DNA of 64,000 nt from Candidatus Bathyarchaeota archaeon (GTDB taxonomy: Archaea; Thermoproteota; Bathyarchaeia; TCS64), in contig CAVYLP010000006.1 of assembly GCA_963769425.1 (NCBI GenBank), positions 416,001 to 480,000 of the forward strand, read 5' to 3'. Both the position numbers and the translations under genes were made by a program. Shown here one piece after another: positions 42,191 through 52,483 of this stretch. Below the pieces are notes generated by a model. The model did no database searches, had not been told where the DNA came from, and saw nothing but the letters and a program-made list of their open reading frames with translations. How positions within the stretch are numbered: position 1 is the first letter of the stretch; the number at the start of each line of letters is the position of its first letter.

Positions 42191-43216
42191 TTGGGCGTCA
42201 ACCTCACCCCGATAATCGAGAAGAGGGTCGTTACCCTCGACGACCTCCGGGGGAGGAGCTTCGCCGTGGACGGCTTCGTGGTTCTCCACCAGTTCCTCGC
42301 CCTGATCAGGGGGCGGGACGGGCAGCCACTGACGGATGCCACTGGTAGGACGACGAGCCACCTAGTCGGTCTCGCCTTCCGCACAACCCGTCTTATAGCT
42401 GACTATGGTATGAGCCTCGCCTTCGTCTTCGATGGGCGCCCACCCCAGCTCAAGAGAGCGGAGGTGGAGAAGCGCCGCGTGATCAGGGAGAGATTCGAGG
42501 AGGAGTACAGGGAGGCTGTCGCGGCGGGTGACTACAAGGCGGCGATGAGCAAGGCCGTGATGACGGGGCGCCTCACGGGTGAGGGGATAGTGGACGCGAA
42601 GAGGCTACTCGACCTCCTCGGAATCCCATGGGTTCAGGCCCCGAGCGAGGGGGAGGCACAGGCTGCCTACATGGCGGCGAGGGGGGATGTTTGGGCCTCG
42701 AACAGCCAGGACTACGACAGCCTACTCTTCGGCACCCCCCGCCTCGTGCGCTACATCACCATACAAGGGGAGGAGTGGCTCCCAAGCAAGGGGCGTGCTC
42801 GCAAGCTCCTGCCCGAGATCATAGAGCTCGAGCCATTTCTGTCAACCCTTAAGCTCACGCGGGGGCAACTCATCGACTTAGGGATACTCGTCGGCACTGA
42901 CTTCAACCCGGGCATCAGAGGCATAGGGCCTAAGACGGCGCTCAAGCTCCTAAGGAAGCACGGGCGCCTAGAGGACCTCCCACCCGAGATCAGAGATCAG
43001 CTAACCCCAGATATAGACGCTATAAGGGATCTCTACATCAACCCACCCGCCACCGACAAATACAGCCTTGAAGAGAAGCCAGTGCAAGAGCAGGAGCTCA
43101 TTAAGTTCCTCTGCGACGAGCGGAGCTTCAGCAGGGAGAGGGTGGAGACAATGATCACAAGGATGAGGGGGGCGCGCGGACAGAAGCGGCTTAGCGACTG
43201 GTTCGGGGGACCCTGA
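42191..43216 (+). CDS. fen: Flap endonuclease 1
   Basis: MGVNL, TSHLVG, VFDGRPP, APSEGEAQAA, SQDYDSLLFG, GTDFNPGIRGIGPK, PIP box QKRLSDWF. Confidence 0.96.
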   Translation: MGVNLTPIIEKRVVTLDDLRGRSFAVDGFVVLHQFLALIRGRDGQPLTDATGRTTSHLVGLAFRTTRLIADYGMSLAFVFDGRPPQLKRAEVEKRRVIRERFEEEYREAVAAGDYKAAMSKAVMTGRLTGEGIVDAKRLLDLLGIPWVQAPSEGEAQAAYMAARGDVWASNSQDYDSLLFGTPRLVRYITIQGEEWLPSKGRARKLLPEIIELEPFLSTLKLTRGQLIDLGILVGTDFNPGIRGIGPKTALKLLRKHGRLEDLPPEIRDQLTPDIDAIRDLYINPPATDKYSLEEKPVQEQELIKFLCDERSFSRERVETMITRMRGARGQKRLSDWFGGP

Positions 43217-44796
43217 TGGCCACCCCATTCTCCCGCCTCGCGGAGCTCTGCGGCGCCCTCGAGGCCACGACGAAGCGCACCGAGAAGACCCGCCTCATAG
43301 CCGAGTTCTTACGTGGCCTCTCTCCAAACGAGGTAGCGCCAGCTGTACTCCTTATTGTTGGCCAGGTCTTCCCTGAGTTCGACCCACGCACTCTCGAGGT
43401 AGGCTGGGGCACAATGAAGCGCGTCCTCGAGAGGACTAAGCAGACGACCCTTCTCAGGGGGAGCCTCAGCATACGCCGCGTCCACGAGGCCCTCAGTGAG
43501 ATAGCGCAGACTAAGGGGTCCCAGTCTAGGAAGCTGAAGGAGCGGTTACTCGTCGGGCTCATCAGCGACGCGAGCCAGGGGGAGGTTGAGGTACTCGTCA
43601 AGATCATCTTCGGGGAGATGCGGATCGGGGTAAACGAGGGGGTGATGCTCGACGCCCTCGCCGAGGCAAGCGGCGCCCCGCTCCCACTCGTTAGGCGCGC
43701 CCTCATGCTCACGGGGAACCTCGGGGAGGTCGCCCTCGTAGCCGTTACACAAGGGGAGAAGGGGTTTGAGGGAATCAAGCCCGAACTATTCGTCCCTCTA
43801 AAGCCGATGCTCGCGGAGACCGCCGACGACCCGGAGGAGGCCATAGAGGAGCACGGGGGGCGCACCGTCTTCGAGTACAAGTTCGACGGCGCACGCGTCC
43901 AGATACACCGCCTCGGAGATGAGGTGAGGATATTCAGCAGGCGCCTCAGCGACGTGACCGAGAGCGTTCCCGACGTAGTCAACATCGTCCAGAGATTCCT
44001 CCCCAAAGTCGGGATCATAGTCGAGGGGGAGATAACCGCCGTCGGCCCCGGGGGGAAGCCCCTCCCTTTCCAGGACCTCATGCGCCGATTCACACGCGTA
44101 CAAGACGTGGAGAAAGCGATCGAGCAGATCCCCCTCAAGCTCCATCTATTCGACGTCCTCTACCTTGACGGCACCCTACTCATCGACGAGCCCTACGAGA
44201 CGCGCTGGGCCATACTCAGCAAGATCGCCCCGGTGGAACTGCTCGCGGAGAGGACGGTGACGAACAGCCCCGCGGAGGCGAAGGCCTTCCTGAAGGCTGC
44301 GATGAAGGCGGGGCACGAGGGGCTGATGGCGAAGCGCCTAGACAGTCACTACAATCCGGGGGCTCGGGGCAAGGACTGGCTCAAGCTCAAGCCCGCGGAG
44401 TCGGTTGACCTCGTTATCATAGCGGCGGATTGGGGCTCGGGGCGGAGGAGAGGCTGGCTGAGCAACTACCATCTCGCCGCCCGGGACGGTGACGAGTGGA
44501 AGGTGGTAGGCAAGACGTTCAAGGGGCTCACCGACGAAGAGTTCCGCTGGATGACGAAGCGGCTACAAGCCATCAAGGTGAGCGAGACAGACTACACAGT
44601 CTCGGTGCGCCCCGAGGTCGTCGTCGAGGTAACCTTCAACGAGGTCCAGCGCAGTCCCCACTACAAGAGCGGCTTCGCCCTCAGGTTCGCACGCATAACA
44701 CGGATACGCAACGATAAGGGGCCGCTGGACGCCGAGACCCTCGACCAGATAAGGGCACACTACAAGAGGCAGTTCAGGGTTAAGGATCAGCTTTAG
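43216..44796 (+). CDS. lig: ATP-dependent DNA ligase
   Basis: KPMLA, EYKFDGARVQIH (adenylated Lys), FDVLY, EGLMAK, WLKLK, ALRFARI. Confidence 0.95.
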   Translation: MATPFSRLAELCGALEATTKRTEKTRLIAEFLRGLSPNEVAPAVLLIVGQVFPEFDPRTLEVGWGTMKRVLERTKQTTLLRGSLSIRRVHEALSEIAQTKGSQSRKLKERLLVGLISDASQGEVEVLVKIIFGEMRIGVNEGVMLDALAEASGAPLPLVRRALMLTGNLGEVALVAVTQGEKGFEGIKPELFVPLKPMLAETADDPEEAIEEHGGRTVFEYKFDGARVQIHRLGDEVRIFSRRLSDVTESVPDVVNIVQRFLPKVGIIVEGEITAVGPGGKPLPFQDLMRRFTRVQDVEKAIEQIPLKLHLFDVLYLDGTLLIDEPYETRWAILSKIAPVELLAERTVTNSPAEAKAFLKAAMKAGHEGLMAKRLDSHYNPGARGKDWLKLKPAESVDLVIIAADWGSGRRRGWLSNYHLAARDGDEWKVVGKTFKGLTDEEFRWMTKRLQAIKVSETDYTVSVRPEVVVEVTFNEVQRSPHYKSGFALRFARITRIRNDKGPLDAETLDQIRAHYKRQFRVKDQL

Positions 44797-44814
44797 GAAC
44801 CCGAGAAACTCCAA

Positions 44815-45213
44815 TCAAACTGGGAAATGTTTAACTTCAACCTCTTTGGTCTTTCTCAACTCACTGTCCGTTGTAAGGAGCAGACCATTCACTCTCTTTG
44901 TTAGGGTCAGAGCATAGCAATCGGCCAGAGATAGATCGAGTTCTCTCCGGCACTTTTCAAGACCAGCGAGCCGATCCAATCCAGGGTCATTCACAACCTC
45001 GATTTCGCTCTCGATCACCATGTTATACCGGGTATCGGCAGTCTGCCTCCCGAGGGTTTGACACGTCTTGTAGTAAAACTCAGCGAGGTTGATCCCTGCG
45101 ACGTGTCCGAGGGCTTCTCCCTCACTGATCCTTTTGAAGTACGGTAGGACCCGCTCGTCCCTCAGGAAAAACAGGTTGAAGACCCCTGCGTCGAGGACTA
45201 TGTTATTCCTCAC
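44815..45213 (-). CDS. vapC: VapC PIN-domain toxin
   Basis: IVLDAG, INLAEFYY, LSLADCYAL, LLTTD. Confidence 0.88.
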   Translation of the reverse strand: MRNNIVLDAGVFNLFFLRDERVLPYFKRISEGEALGHVAGINLAEFYYKTCQTLGRQTADTRYNMVIESEIEVVNDPGLDRLAGLEKCRRELDLSLADCYALTLTKRVNGLLLTTDSELRKTKEVEVKHFPV

Positions 45214-45445
45214 GGGCTTCCCGCCTGTGTTCCTCGTTTAATTCACGGACCGCCTTTTTGATCTCCTCGGCATGCGCCTCATCTATCCCGTAATAATCGA
45301 TGAGTCTCTTCTTTGGGACTAAAAGGACATATCCCTCCTCTTCGACGAAGCTGACCTTGTCTCCCTCCTTGATGCCGTATTTTCGCATTATCTTGGCTGG
45401 GATGGTAACCATGCTCCGACTGGTCACCGTGGCGGTCTCGGTCAT
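45203..45445 (-). CDS. AbrB/MazE/SpoVT-family antitoxin
   Basis: VTSRSMVTIPAKIMRKYGIKEGDKVSF; overlaps the toxin start. Confidence 0.88.
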   Translation of the reverse strand: MTETATVTSRSMVTIPAKIMRKYGIKEGDKVSFVEEEGYVLLVPKKRLIDYYGIDEAHAEEIKKAVRELNEEHRREAREE

Positions 45446-45447
45446 AC

Positions 45448-45517
45448 TTTACCATGAATAGAGTGGAAAACCATGCATTTATTCATTTGCATGGTATTTT
45501 TATCGCTGCATGGTTTT
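45448..45517. promoter_or_regulatory. Putative toxin-antitoxin operator: repeated ACCATG half sites
   Basis: TTTACCATG 45448, AAAACCATGCA 45467-45477; inverted TGCATGGT 45488-45495 and TGCATGGTTTT 45507-45517. Confidence 0.55.
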
Positions 45518-45590
45518 ATGCTAATTGCATTGACCTCCACATAGGCGGTGCAAAGAAGTCTTAATCCCCTCGTGGCGTTGTTTAGAAGCC

Positions 45591-46523
45591 GTGAAGCTCG
45601 TTCTATTCAGGGAATCGGAAGAAGAGGTGTGCCCCGGTCTCATCACGGACCGCGGCGTCGTGAACATCTCGCCGGCTGTTCAGCCGGGATGCACCCCCGA
45701 GCAGACGATGGAGGGCATAATAAACTACTTCGACTCGCTGCGGCCGAAGCTCGAGTGGCTCGCCACGGAGGGAAAGGCTACGCCTCTGGACAAGGTGCGG
45801 TTGCTCCCCCCACTTCCCAGGCCGGGGAAGATACTCGCCTGCATCGCCAACTACTGGGAGCATGCACAGCGTGAGCCCCGGCAGCTCAACATGTTCCTAA
45901 AGAGCCCCGACGCTGTCGTGGGCCCCGGGGACACCATCAGGCTCCCCGACTTCACGGAGCCTTGGGAGTTCATGCACGAGGCCGAGCTGGCTGTAGTCAT
46001 CAAGGGGCCGGCGAAGATGGTGAGTAGGAAGGACTGGCGGAGCGCCGTCTTCGGCTACACCTGCCTGATAGACGTCTCCGCCCGAGAGCAGGGGAGGAGG
46101 ACGTGGAGGGCGGGGAGCTGGCTGGGGAAGAGCTTCGACACCTTCGCCCCCATCGGCCCATGCATCACCACGGCGGACGAGATACCCGAGCCAAACGACC
46201 TCATAGTAAGGTTCTGGGACGACGGGCAGCTCCGCCACAACTACAGCACAGACGACATGGAGCACCGAGTCCCCGAGCTAGTCGAGTTCGCATCGAAGGC
46301 GATCACCCTCAACTCGGGGGACCTCATCTCCTGCGGCACTAACCACGAGGGGCTCGGTGCCCTGCAGGACGGGGAGACGGTAGAGATTGAGATCGAGAAG
46401 ATCGGGCGCATGTCCCTGAAGGTGGAGGACCCCCTCAAGCGGAAGTGGGAGCGCGGCGTCTACATGGGCGCCGACTCCACGAACCCGGAGGCGGTGAAGA
46501 GGAACCGCCCACAAACGGGCTGA
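45591..46523 (+). CDS. Fumarylacetoacetate hydrolase family protein
   Basis: KILACIANYWEH, MFLKSP, HEAELAVVI, DVSAR, GKSFDTFAPIGP. Confidence 0.92.
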   Translation: MKLVLFRESEEEVCPGLITDRGVVNISPAVQPGCTPEQTMEGIINYFDSLRPKLEWLATEGKATPLDKVRLLPPLPRPGKILACIANYWEHAQREPRQLNMFLKSPDAVVGPGDTIRLPDFTEPWEFMHEAELAVVIKGPAKMVSRKDWRSAVFGYTCLIDVSAREQGRRTWRAGSWLGKSFDTFAPIGPCITTADEIPEPNDLIVRFWDDGQLRHNYSTDDMEHRVPELVEFASKAITLNSGDLISCGTNHEGLGALQDGETVEIEIEKIGRMSLKVEDPLKRKWERGVYMGADSTNPEAVKRNRPQTG

Positions 46524-47946
46524 CTAGAACTGCTTGAGCGGTGGCTTGAGGTCGAGCGGGATCGGAGGCTTGTACTTCCGCCCCGCGAGGCGCGTCTTGA
46601 ACTCTGCCTTAACGTCCTTGAGAAGTTTCGGCTTGGTCATAAGGTCGAGTGCAGTGCCCGCCATCGTCTTAGTTGCGAACAGCAGCCCCTTGTGCCCGAT
46701 GCTCATGCCTCCCTGGGCGGTGAACTGCCAGCTGTGCCCGGGAGTGCCGAGCATGCAGGTGACGGTGCTGAACTCCTTCGTCGGCGTCACCCAGCTAACG
46801 TCGCGAGACGTCGGTGCTGCCTGCTCCGACCTCCCCCGCCTGATAGTCGTCGAGGATACGCTCGTCGAATAGCTCGTCGACGAGCTTCTCCCACCCGGGG
46901 CGCTTGCCCTTGCGGAGCCCCTCCTTCTTCTGGGCGGGGTCGATGCTCTTGTTCATCTCCTTGGCGAACTTGAGGTCCGCCTCGTCGTGCTTGGGGGCGC
47001 CGACCTCGCGCATGTTGGCGACGATGGTCTCGCAGAGCTTGCCGTTGGGGAGCTCGTTGTAGCATCCAGTGAGGAACTCGACCTTGTGGGTCGTGCGCGC
47101 CATCTTGTCCGCGCCGTCCGCGATCTGGAGGACCCAGTTGTAGATGGGCTCCATCTGCTCGCGCTCGGGGGCGCGGACGTAGTACCAGACGCGTGCGTAG
47201 GCGGGGACGACGTTCGGCTGGCCTCCGCCGACCTCGGTGACGTAGTGGACGCGGGCCTTCTCGATGACGTGCTCGCGCATGAAGTTGACGCCGTTGCTCA
47301 TGAGCTCGACCGCGTCGAGGGCGCTGATGCCGTTCTCGGGGTCACCTGCCGAGTGTGCGGTCTTGCCGTAGAAGTGGACCTTGAAGCTGTTCATGGAGTT
47401 GCTGCTGCCGGTGCCCGCGGTGTTTGCGGAGCCGGGGTGGTGGCTGATGCAGGCGTCGACGCCGTTGAAGAGGCCGTGGCGGGTCATCCAAACCTTGCCG
47501 ACGAGGGTCTCCTCGGCTGGGCACCCGTACATCTTGATTGTGCCCTTGATCTTCCCCTCCTCCATCGCGGCCTTCATCGCGACCGCCGCGGTGAGTGCGG
47601 TTGTGCCGTGCATGTTGTGGCCGCAGCCGTGGCCAGGAGCACCCTCCTTGACCGGCTCCTTGTAGGGGACGGCCTTCTGGCTGAGCCCCGCGAGGGCGTC
47701 CAGCTCACCCATTAACCCGATGGTTGGACCACCCTCTCCGTTGCTCCAGGTCGCCACGAAGGCTGTGGGCATGTCCGCCACGCCCCTGTCGACCTTGAAG
47801 CCCTTCTTCTCGATCCAGTCGGAGAAGAGCTTGCTCGTGTTCGTCTCCTGGAGGCCTACCTCGGCGTACTCCCACGCCTTGTTGCTGATCTTTATGATCT
47901 CCTTCTCGTTCTCTTCCACCCAGTTGAAGGCTTTTTGCTTGGACAA
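46524..47946 (-). CDS. M20 amidohydrolase, AbgB-like (frameshift ~46806)
   Basis: GELDAL, GHGCGHN, CPAEE, HHP, GGGQPNVVP; GSTDV then shifted DVSWVTPT...GHSWQ. Confidence 0.9.
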
Positions 47947-48110
47947 ATCAATCGGGATTATCTAGCCCTGTTTAGGGTATAAAACCAGCGACGGACTATA
48001 TCCCACGGGAAACGCTAACGCGGCCACCATAGTAGCACTACATAGGCAGTGCCTCCTGCCCAACACGCTTTTAAATACCGCCGAAGCAATCCCCACAGGT
48101 GAAGAGAGGA

Positions 48111-48433
48111 ATGACGCACCTCCAATATCTACCGGCGGAGTCGAAGACCTCCGCAGACTCCTTCTAAGGACCCTAAACGATAACCAGCTACTCATACTCA
48201 GCAAGGTAGCATCCAACAATCGACCCCTAACGGGACTCCTCATAAGCCTCTCAAGGGAGACTGGTATACCCCTGTCAACCCTGAAGTTAAACGCCCGCAT
48301 CCTCCGTGAACTCAACCTCATCAGCTACGGCTCGGTAGGGGAGAAGCGCCAAGCCGAGGTCGAGCCCGTTGGAAGCCTCATCCTAAGACTCATGGACGCC
48401 CCCGAGAGCGCTAAGATCAGGCTCTACGATTAG
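48111..48433 (+). CDS. Winged-HTH protein missed by the ORF track (no in-frame start)
   Basis: Open frame 48116-48433: LRRLLLRTLNDNQLLILSKV...LSRETGIPLSTLKLNARILRELNLI; ATG 48111 is out of frame. Confidence 0.65.
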
Positions 48434-48518
48434 CTGCACCCACCCTTCAGCCCACCGTAAACCCTCACTCATTTAAGCCTGTGAAGCCACCTAGAGATCA
48501 TTCTCGGTGGATGAGAGC

Positions 48519-50231
48519 ATGGGCGAGATAAAGATACTCCTGGGCTTCGAAGTCGGAACCGGCAAAGAGGTACACATGAGCCTCCACCACACCGTTATAA
48601 CGGGGATGACACAGCTTAGCGGCAAGACCACCACCCTTGAGGCCATCATCAGCCGCGCTAACAGGCGCGCAATCGCCTTCAAGACGAAGCGGGGTGAATC
48701 CGGCTTCAACAGCTACCGCGAGATACCCCCATTCTTCGAGGAGAGAGCCGACTGGCAGTACGTGTCAACCCTACTCGAGGCCGTCATGCGGGAGAAGATG
48801 AAGTTCGAGCGCCCCTGGATAATGAAGGCCACGCAGGGCACCAAGAGCCTGCGCGAGGTCCTCGAGAACGTCCAGATGCTCCGCTCCGAGGCGACCAAAC
48901 AGCTTCCAGAGAACGTCTATACCGCCCTCGAGGAGTACCTCAAGATCGTCGTCCCCCAGATAGAGAAGTTCAGGTTCAGCAAGACCCTCGACATCATCGA
49001 CGGCATTAACGTCATGGACCTCACCGAGATGACCCTTGAGCTCCAAGGGCTCGTCATCCAGAGTACCATGGAGTACGTCATCAATAACCTCCACGAGACC
49101 ATCCTTATCGTCCCCGAGGCCTGTGAACACATCCCCCAGGGTAGGAACACCCCCGTCAAACTATATGCCGAGACCTTCATCAGGAAGGGCGCCGCAATCG
49201 GCAACTACCTCTTCATAGACAGCCAGGACATCGCCGGCATCGACAAGATGCCCCTCCGCCAATGCAACAACTGGATACTCGGAAGGCAGCGCGAGGGCCA
49301 CGAGGTGGAGAGAGTCCGCGAGCAGATCGGGAGGAACAAGATAGACGCCGAGGAGATCAGGACCCTGCCCCTCGGCCACTTCCTCGCCATCCTCGGCGAC
49401 GATGTGAAGAGGGTTTACGTCCTCCCCGCTGGGGTCCCCGCAAAGATTGGGCGCCGCGTCGCAATGGGAGAAATGGCCGTCACAGACGCGGGCAAGTACA
49501 TGAACAACCCCTCCCCCGAGGAGGAACAAGCACCGGGGGCACAGACGGGCATCCGACGCTTTCTCCCCGCTCCAGGAGGCGACCGCGCCCTACGCCGAGT
49601 CGAGGAGTTGGATATGAAGCTCGCTCGAAGGGACAACGAGTTCTCCCTACTCCGAACGGAGGTCGATGGGCTCCGCAAGGAACTCATAACCAGCACCGCG
49701 AAGCTGGAGCAGCTCATGAGACAGCAGGAGACCACTGAGCAAAGGGCCGCAAAGAGCCAGGTGCCTGCCGTCCGCCCAGGCTTCACCATCGACGACCTGA
49801 ACCAACTCATAGATCAGCGTATGCACCAGATAATCCAGTATGATAAGCCCACCGTATTCACACAGGTCGACGTCTCTGGGAGGTTCAAAGAGGTCATAAG
49901 GGAGCGCTTCGTCCGCGAGCTCGGCCTCAGAATCAGGGCCCTCCCCCCGTCCACGATACACGCGGCGATGGTTGTACATGAGAGGAAAGGCATCAAGAGG
50001 GGAGATCTCTACAGCTTTCTCCACGGAGGCAACGGTAGGATAAACGACGACTTCTACGCCGAGCTCCAGACCCTCGAGGACGCTCGCCTAGTAGTCTACA
50101 GCAAGGAGACGGGCATTATCCATTGGGCCCTCGGAGAGTACTTGAAGAGGGAACTCGGCGCCATCTACGACGAGGCCGCGGTAAAACAGGCGGAGGACTA
50201 CCTCGCCAGTCTACTGCTCCCGGCTAACTGA
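48519..50231 (+). CDS. HerA/FtsK-like P-loop ATPase with coiled coil and helical C-terminal domain
   Basis: HTVITGMTQLSGKTT, ILIVPEA, IRKG, IDSQ, LPLGHF; coiled-coil-like segment around residues 365-415. Confidence 0.75.
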   Translation: MGEIKILLGFEVGTGKEVHMSLHHTVITGMTQLSGKTTTLEAIISRANRRAIAFKTKRGESGFNSYREIPPFFEERADWQYVSTLLEAVMREKMKFERPWIMKATQGTKSLREVLENVQMLRSEATKQLPENVYTALEEYLKIVVPQIEKFRFSKTLDIIDGINVMDLTEMTLELQGLVIQSTMEYVINNLHETILIVPEACEHIPQGRNTPVKLYAETFIRKGAAIGNYLFIDSQDIAGIDKMPLRQCNNWILGRQREGHEVERVREQIGRNKIDAEEIRTLPLGHFLAILGDDVKRVYVLPAGVPAKIGRRVAMGEMAVTDAGKYMNNPSPEEEQAPGAQTGIRRFLPAPGGDRALRRVEELDMKLARRDNEFSLLRTEVDGLRKELITSTAKLEQLMRQQETTEQRAAKSQVPAVRPGFTIDDLNQLIDQRMHQIIQYDKPTVFTQVDVSGRFKEVIRERFVRELGLRIRALPPSTIHAAMVVHERKGIKRGDLYSFLHGGNGRINDDFYAELQTLEDARLVVYSKETGIIHWALGEYLKRELGAIYDEAAVKQAEDYLASLLLPAN

Positions 50232-50688
50232 CCCTGTGGTCGTAGTCCATGTCCGGCGTCTTCACTGGGCGGGTGACGAGCGTACCGTCCTCAATGCTCC
50301 ACTCCCGGAGCCCAGCATACTCGATACCGTTTTCCTCAAGTATCTTACGCGCCGTCTCTCCCTCGTTGGAGGGGACGTAGACGAAGAGCTTCTTGAATCT
50401 CTCACCCATCCCCGTCCTCTCCGATAGTAGCCTCCACTTCGCCACGAGGTCGGGGGTGACCTCCATCTCGACCTCACCGATCTCCCGAATGTTTCCGTCT
50501 GGGTTTAGGACGACGACGCTCGGGTAGACCTTCCCCTTAGGGCCATCGACAGCGTAGTTCCTCTCCCGGCTCGTGTTGACGATGGTGCGCCTATCCTCGT
50601 CCCACGTCGTTTGGTCTATGAAAGGGAACCTCGTGGCCCCTATTATCCTCGAAATCCTGCCCCTGAGTACGTCCTTCGGCGGGAGCAT
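50224..50688 (-). CDS. Hypothetical protein, possible degenerate PD-(D/E)XK fold
   Basis: VYPSVVV...IGEVE...KW...LFVYVP pattern. Confidence 0.55.
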   Translation of the reverse strand: MLPPKDVLRGRISRIIGATRFPFIDQTTWDEDRRTIVNTSRERNYAVDGPKGKVYPSVVVLNPDGNIREIGEVEMEVTPDLVAKWRLLSERTGMGERFKKLFVYVPSNEGETARKILEENGIEYAGLREWSIEDGTLVTRPVKTPDMDYDHRVS

Positions 50689-50710
50689 GAGGGATAGTTG
50701 ACCGCCCCAC

Positions 50711-52406
50711 TTATGATTTCTGCGCCGAGTGCTCCCTCGCGTAGTCGTCCATCGCCCTCTGGAGGCGGCGCTCTATCTCCGCCTCGACGGCGACGCGGTC
50801 AACCTTCCCCATGCCCGTCAGGGGGAGGCTGTCCACGATGTCAATTCTCCCCGGGACTTGGTAGGGCTGGAGTCTAGCCCTGCACAGTTCAACGAGCCTA
50901 GCTTGAACACCCTCAGGGTCTAGGCTCTTCTTCAAAACGACGAGCGCCTGGATGTCGGTGTTGCACCGCAACGGATCAGGAGCTCCGACCGCCACCGCGG
51001 CCTCGACGTCTGGGCTGCTGAGCAGGACATCCTCGACCTCGACGGGCCAGACGGTGTGCCCAGCGGCGACTATTCGATCCCTCATGCGGCCCATGACGTA
51101 GAGCCAGCCCACTTCGTCGACGTGGACCACGTCACCGGTGTGGAGCCAGCCGTCGACGAGAACCCTCGCGGTCTCCTCGGGCGACTTCCAGTATCCTTTC
51201 ATTATCTGGGGGCCGCGGACGAAAAGCTCCCCCGCCTTCCCCGGTGCGACCTCAATCTCCCCGACCTGCGTATCCACGACCCTTACCTCAGTGTCGGGGT
51301 AAGCCATGCCCGCGCTCAGGTAGTTTCGCTCCCCCTCGATAGGTGTGGCGTGGGTCGCCGGGCCGGCCTCGGTAAGGCCGTAGCCCTGGTAAAATTTCGC
51401 ACCTGTAACTGCCTCGAACCTCTTCATCAGGTCCGGTGAAATCGAGGCTCCCCCGCTCGAGGCCGTCGTGACACTGCTTAGGTCGTAGCTTCCGAGTCTG
51501 GGGTGTTCGAGTATCTCGGTGACGAATCGCGGGATTAGGGGCATGTGTGTGACCCTATGCCTCTGGACGGCCTCTAATATCGCCTCCGGCTTAGGGTTGG
51601 GGACGACGACAAGTGTACAGCCGAAGCTCACCGCCTCGTTCATGATGTTCAGCCCGTAGCTGTGGAACCAGGGGACCGCGCAGAGGATGAGGGGCCACCC
51701 CTCGGGCTGAGGCTTGGCGCTGTAGCCCCAGCCCCTGAGCCAGTAGTAACTCTGGAGGGCGTTAGCAACAAGGGCGTAGTGGGTGAGCATCACGCCCTTC
51801 GGCTGCCCGGTTGTCCCGGATGTGTACAAGATAGCGGCGACGTCCTCCTTCGAGTCGACTAGGATTGGCTGTGCGGCACCCCCAACAATCAACTCGTCAA
51901 ACCTCAGCGCACCAGCTGGGGGCTTCCCCCGGTACACCAACCCGCTCAGGAACCGCATGTGCACGGGCGCGTACTCCGCCGCCTCGGCGATTATCACTTT
52001 ACCCGAGTAGTCCTTCGGAAGCCTATCCATCAGCCTGTCGAGGCCGACGAGGACCTTGCAATCCGTCTCCGTGAGTTCTCTGCCGATCTCCTCGACAGGG
52101 TTGAGGGGGTTGACGGGGACCACTATGGCCCCAGCGGCAAGTGCACCGTTGAAGGCTATTAGGAACTGAGGGGTGTTCGCAAGCAGAAGCCCGACGCGTT
52201 CACCCTTGGCAACTCCCAGACGCTTGAGGTGGCCTGCGAATCTGAGTGCCTTCCCCCATAACTCAGAGTAGGTGACGCCGTTGCCGAGGTAGAGCGCCCC
52301 GACCCTCCCCGGGAACTTCCTAGCGCTGTTCTCTAAGAACTCGTATAGGGACATCTCTGGGTACTCGATGCTCCTAGGCACGCCTGGGGGGTAGAACCGG
52401 GCCATC
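50711..52406 (-). CDS. Long-chain fatty acid--CoA ligase (AMP-binding)
   Basis: YTSGTTGQPKG, QGYGLTEA, GWLHTGD, GKVDR. Confidence 0.92.
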
Positions 52407-52483
52407 AAGTTACGGGATGCAAGCGCCGAGCCTATAAATTCGCCCCCGAACCAGTTTTAACGCGGCAAGCGGATCGATGTAGC

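Noticed and set aside
47962-48321. Minus-strand 119-aa ORF
   Set aside because: Antisense shadow of the plus-strand wHTH frame.
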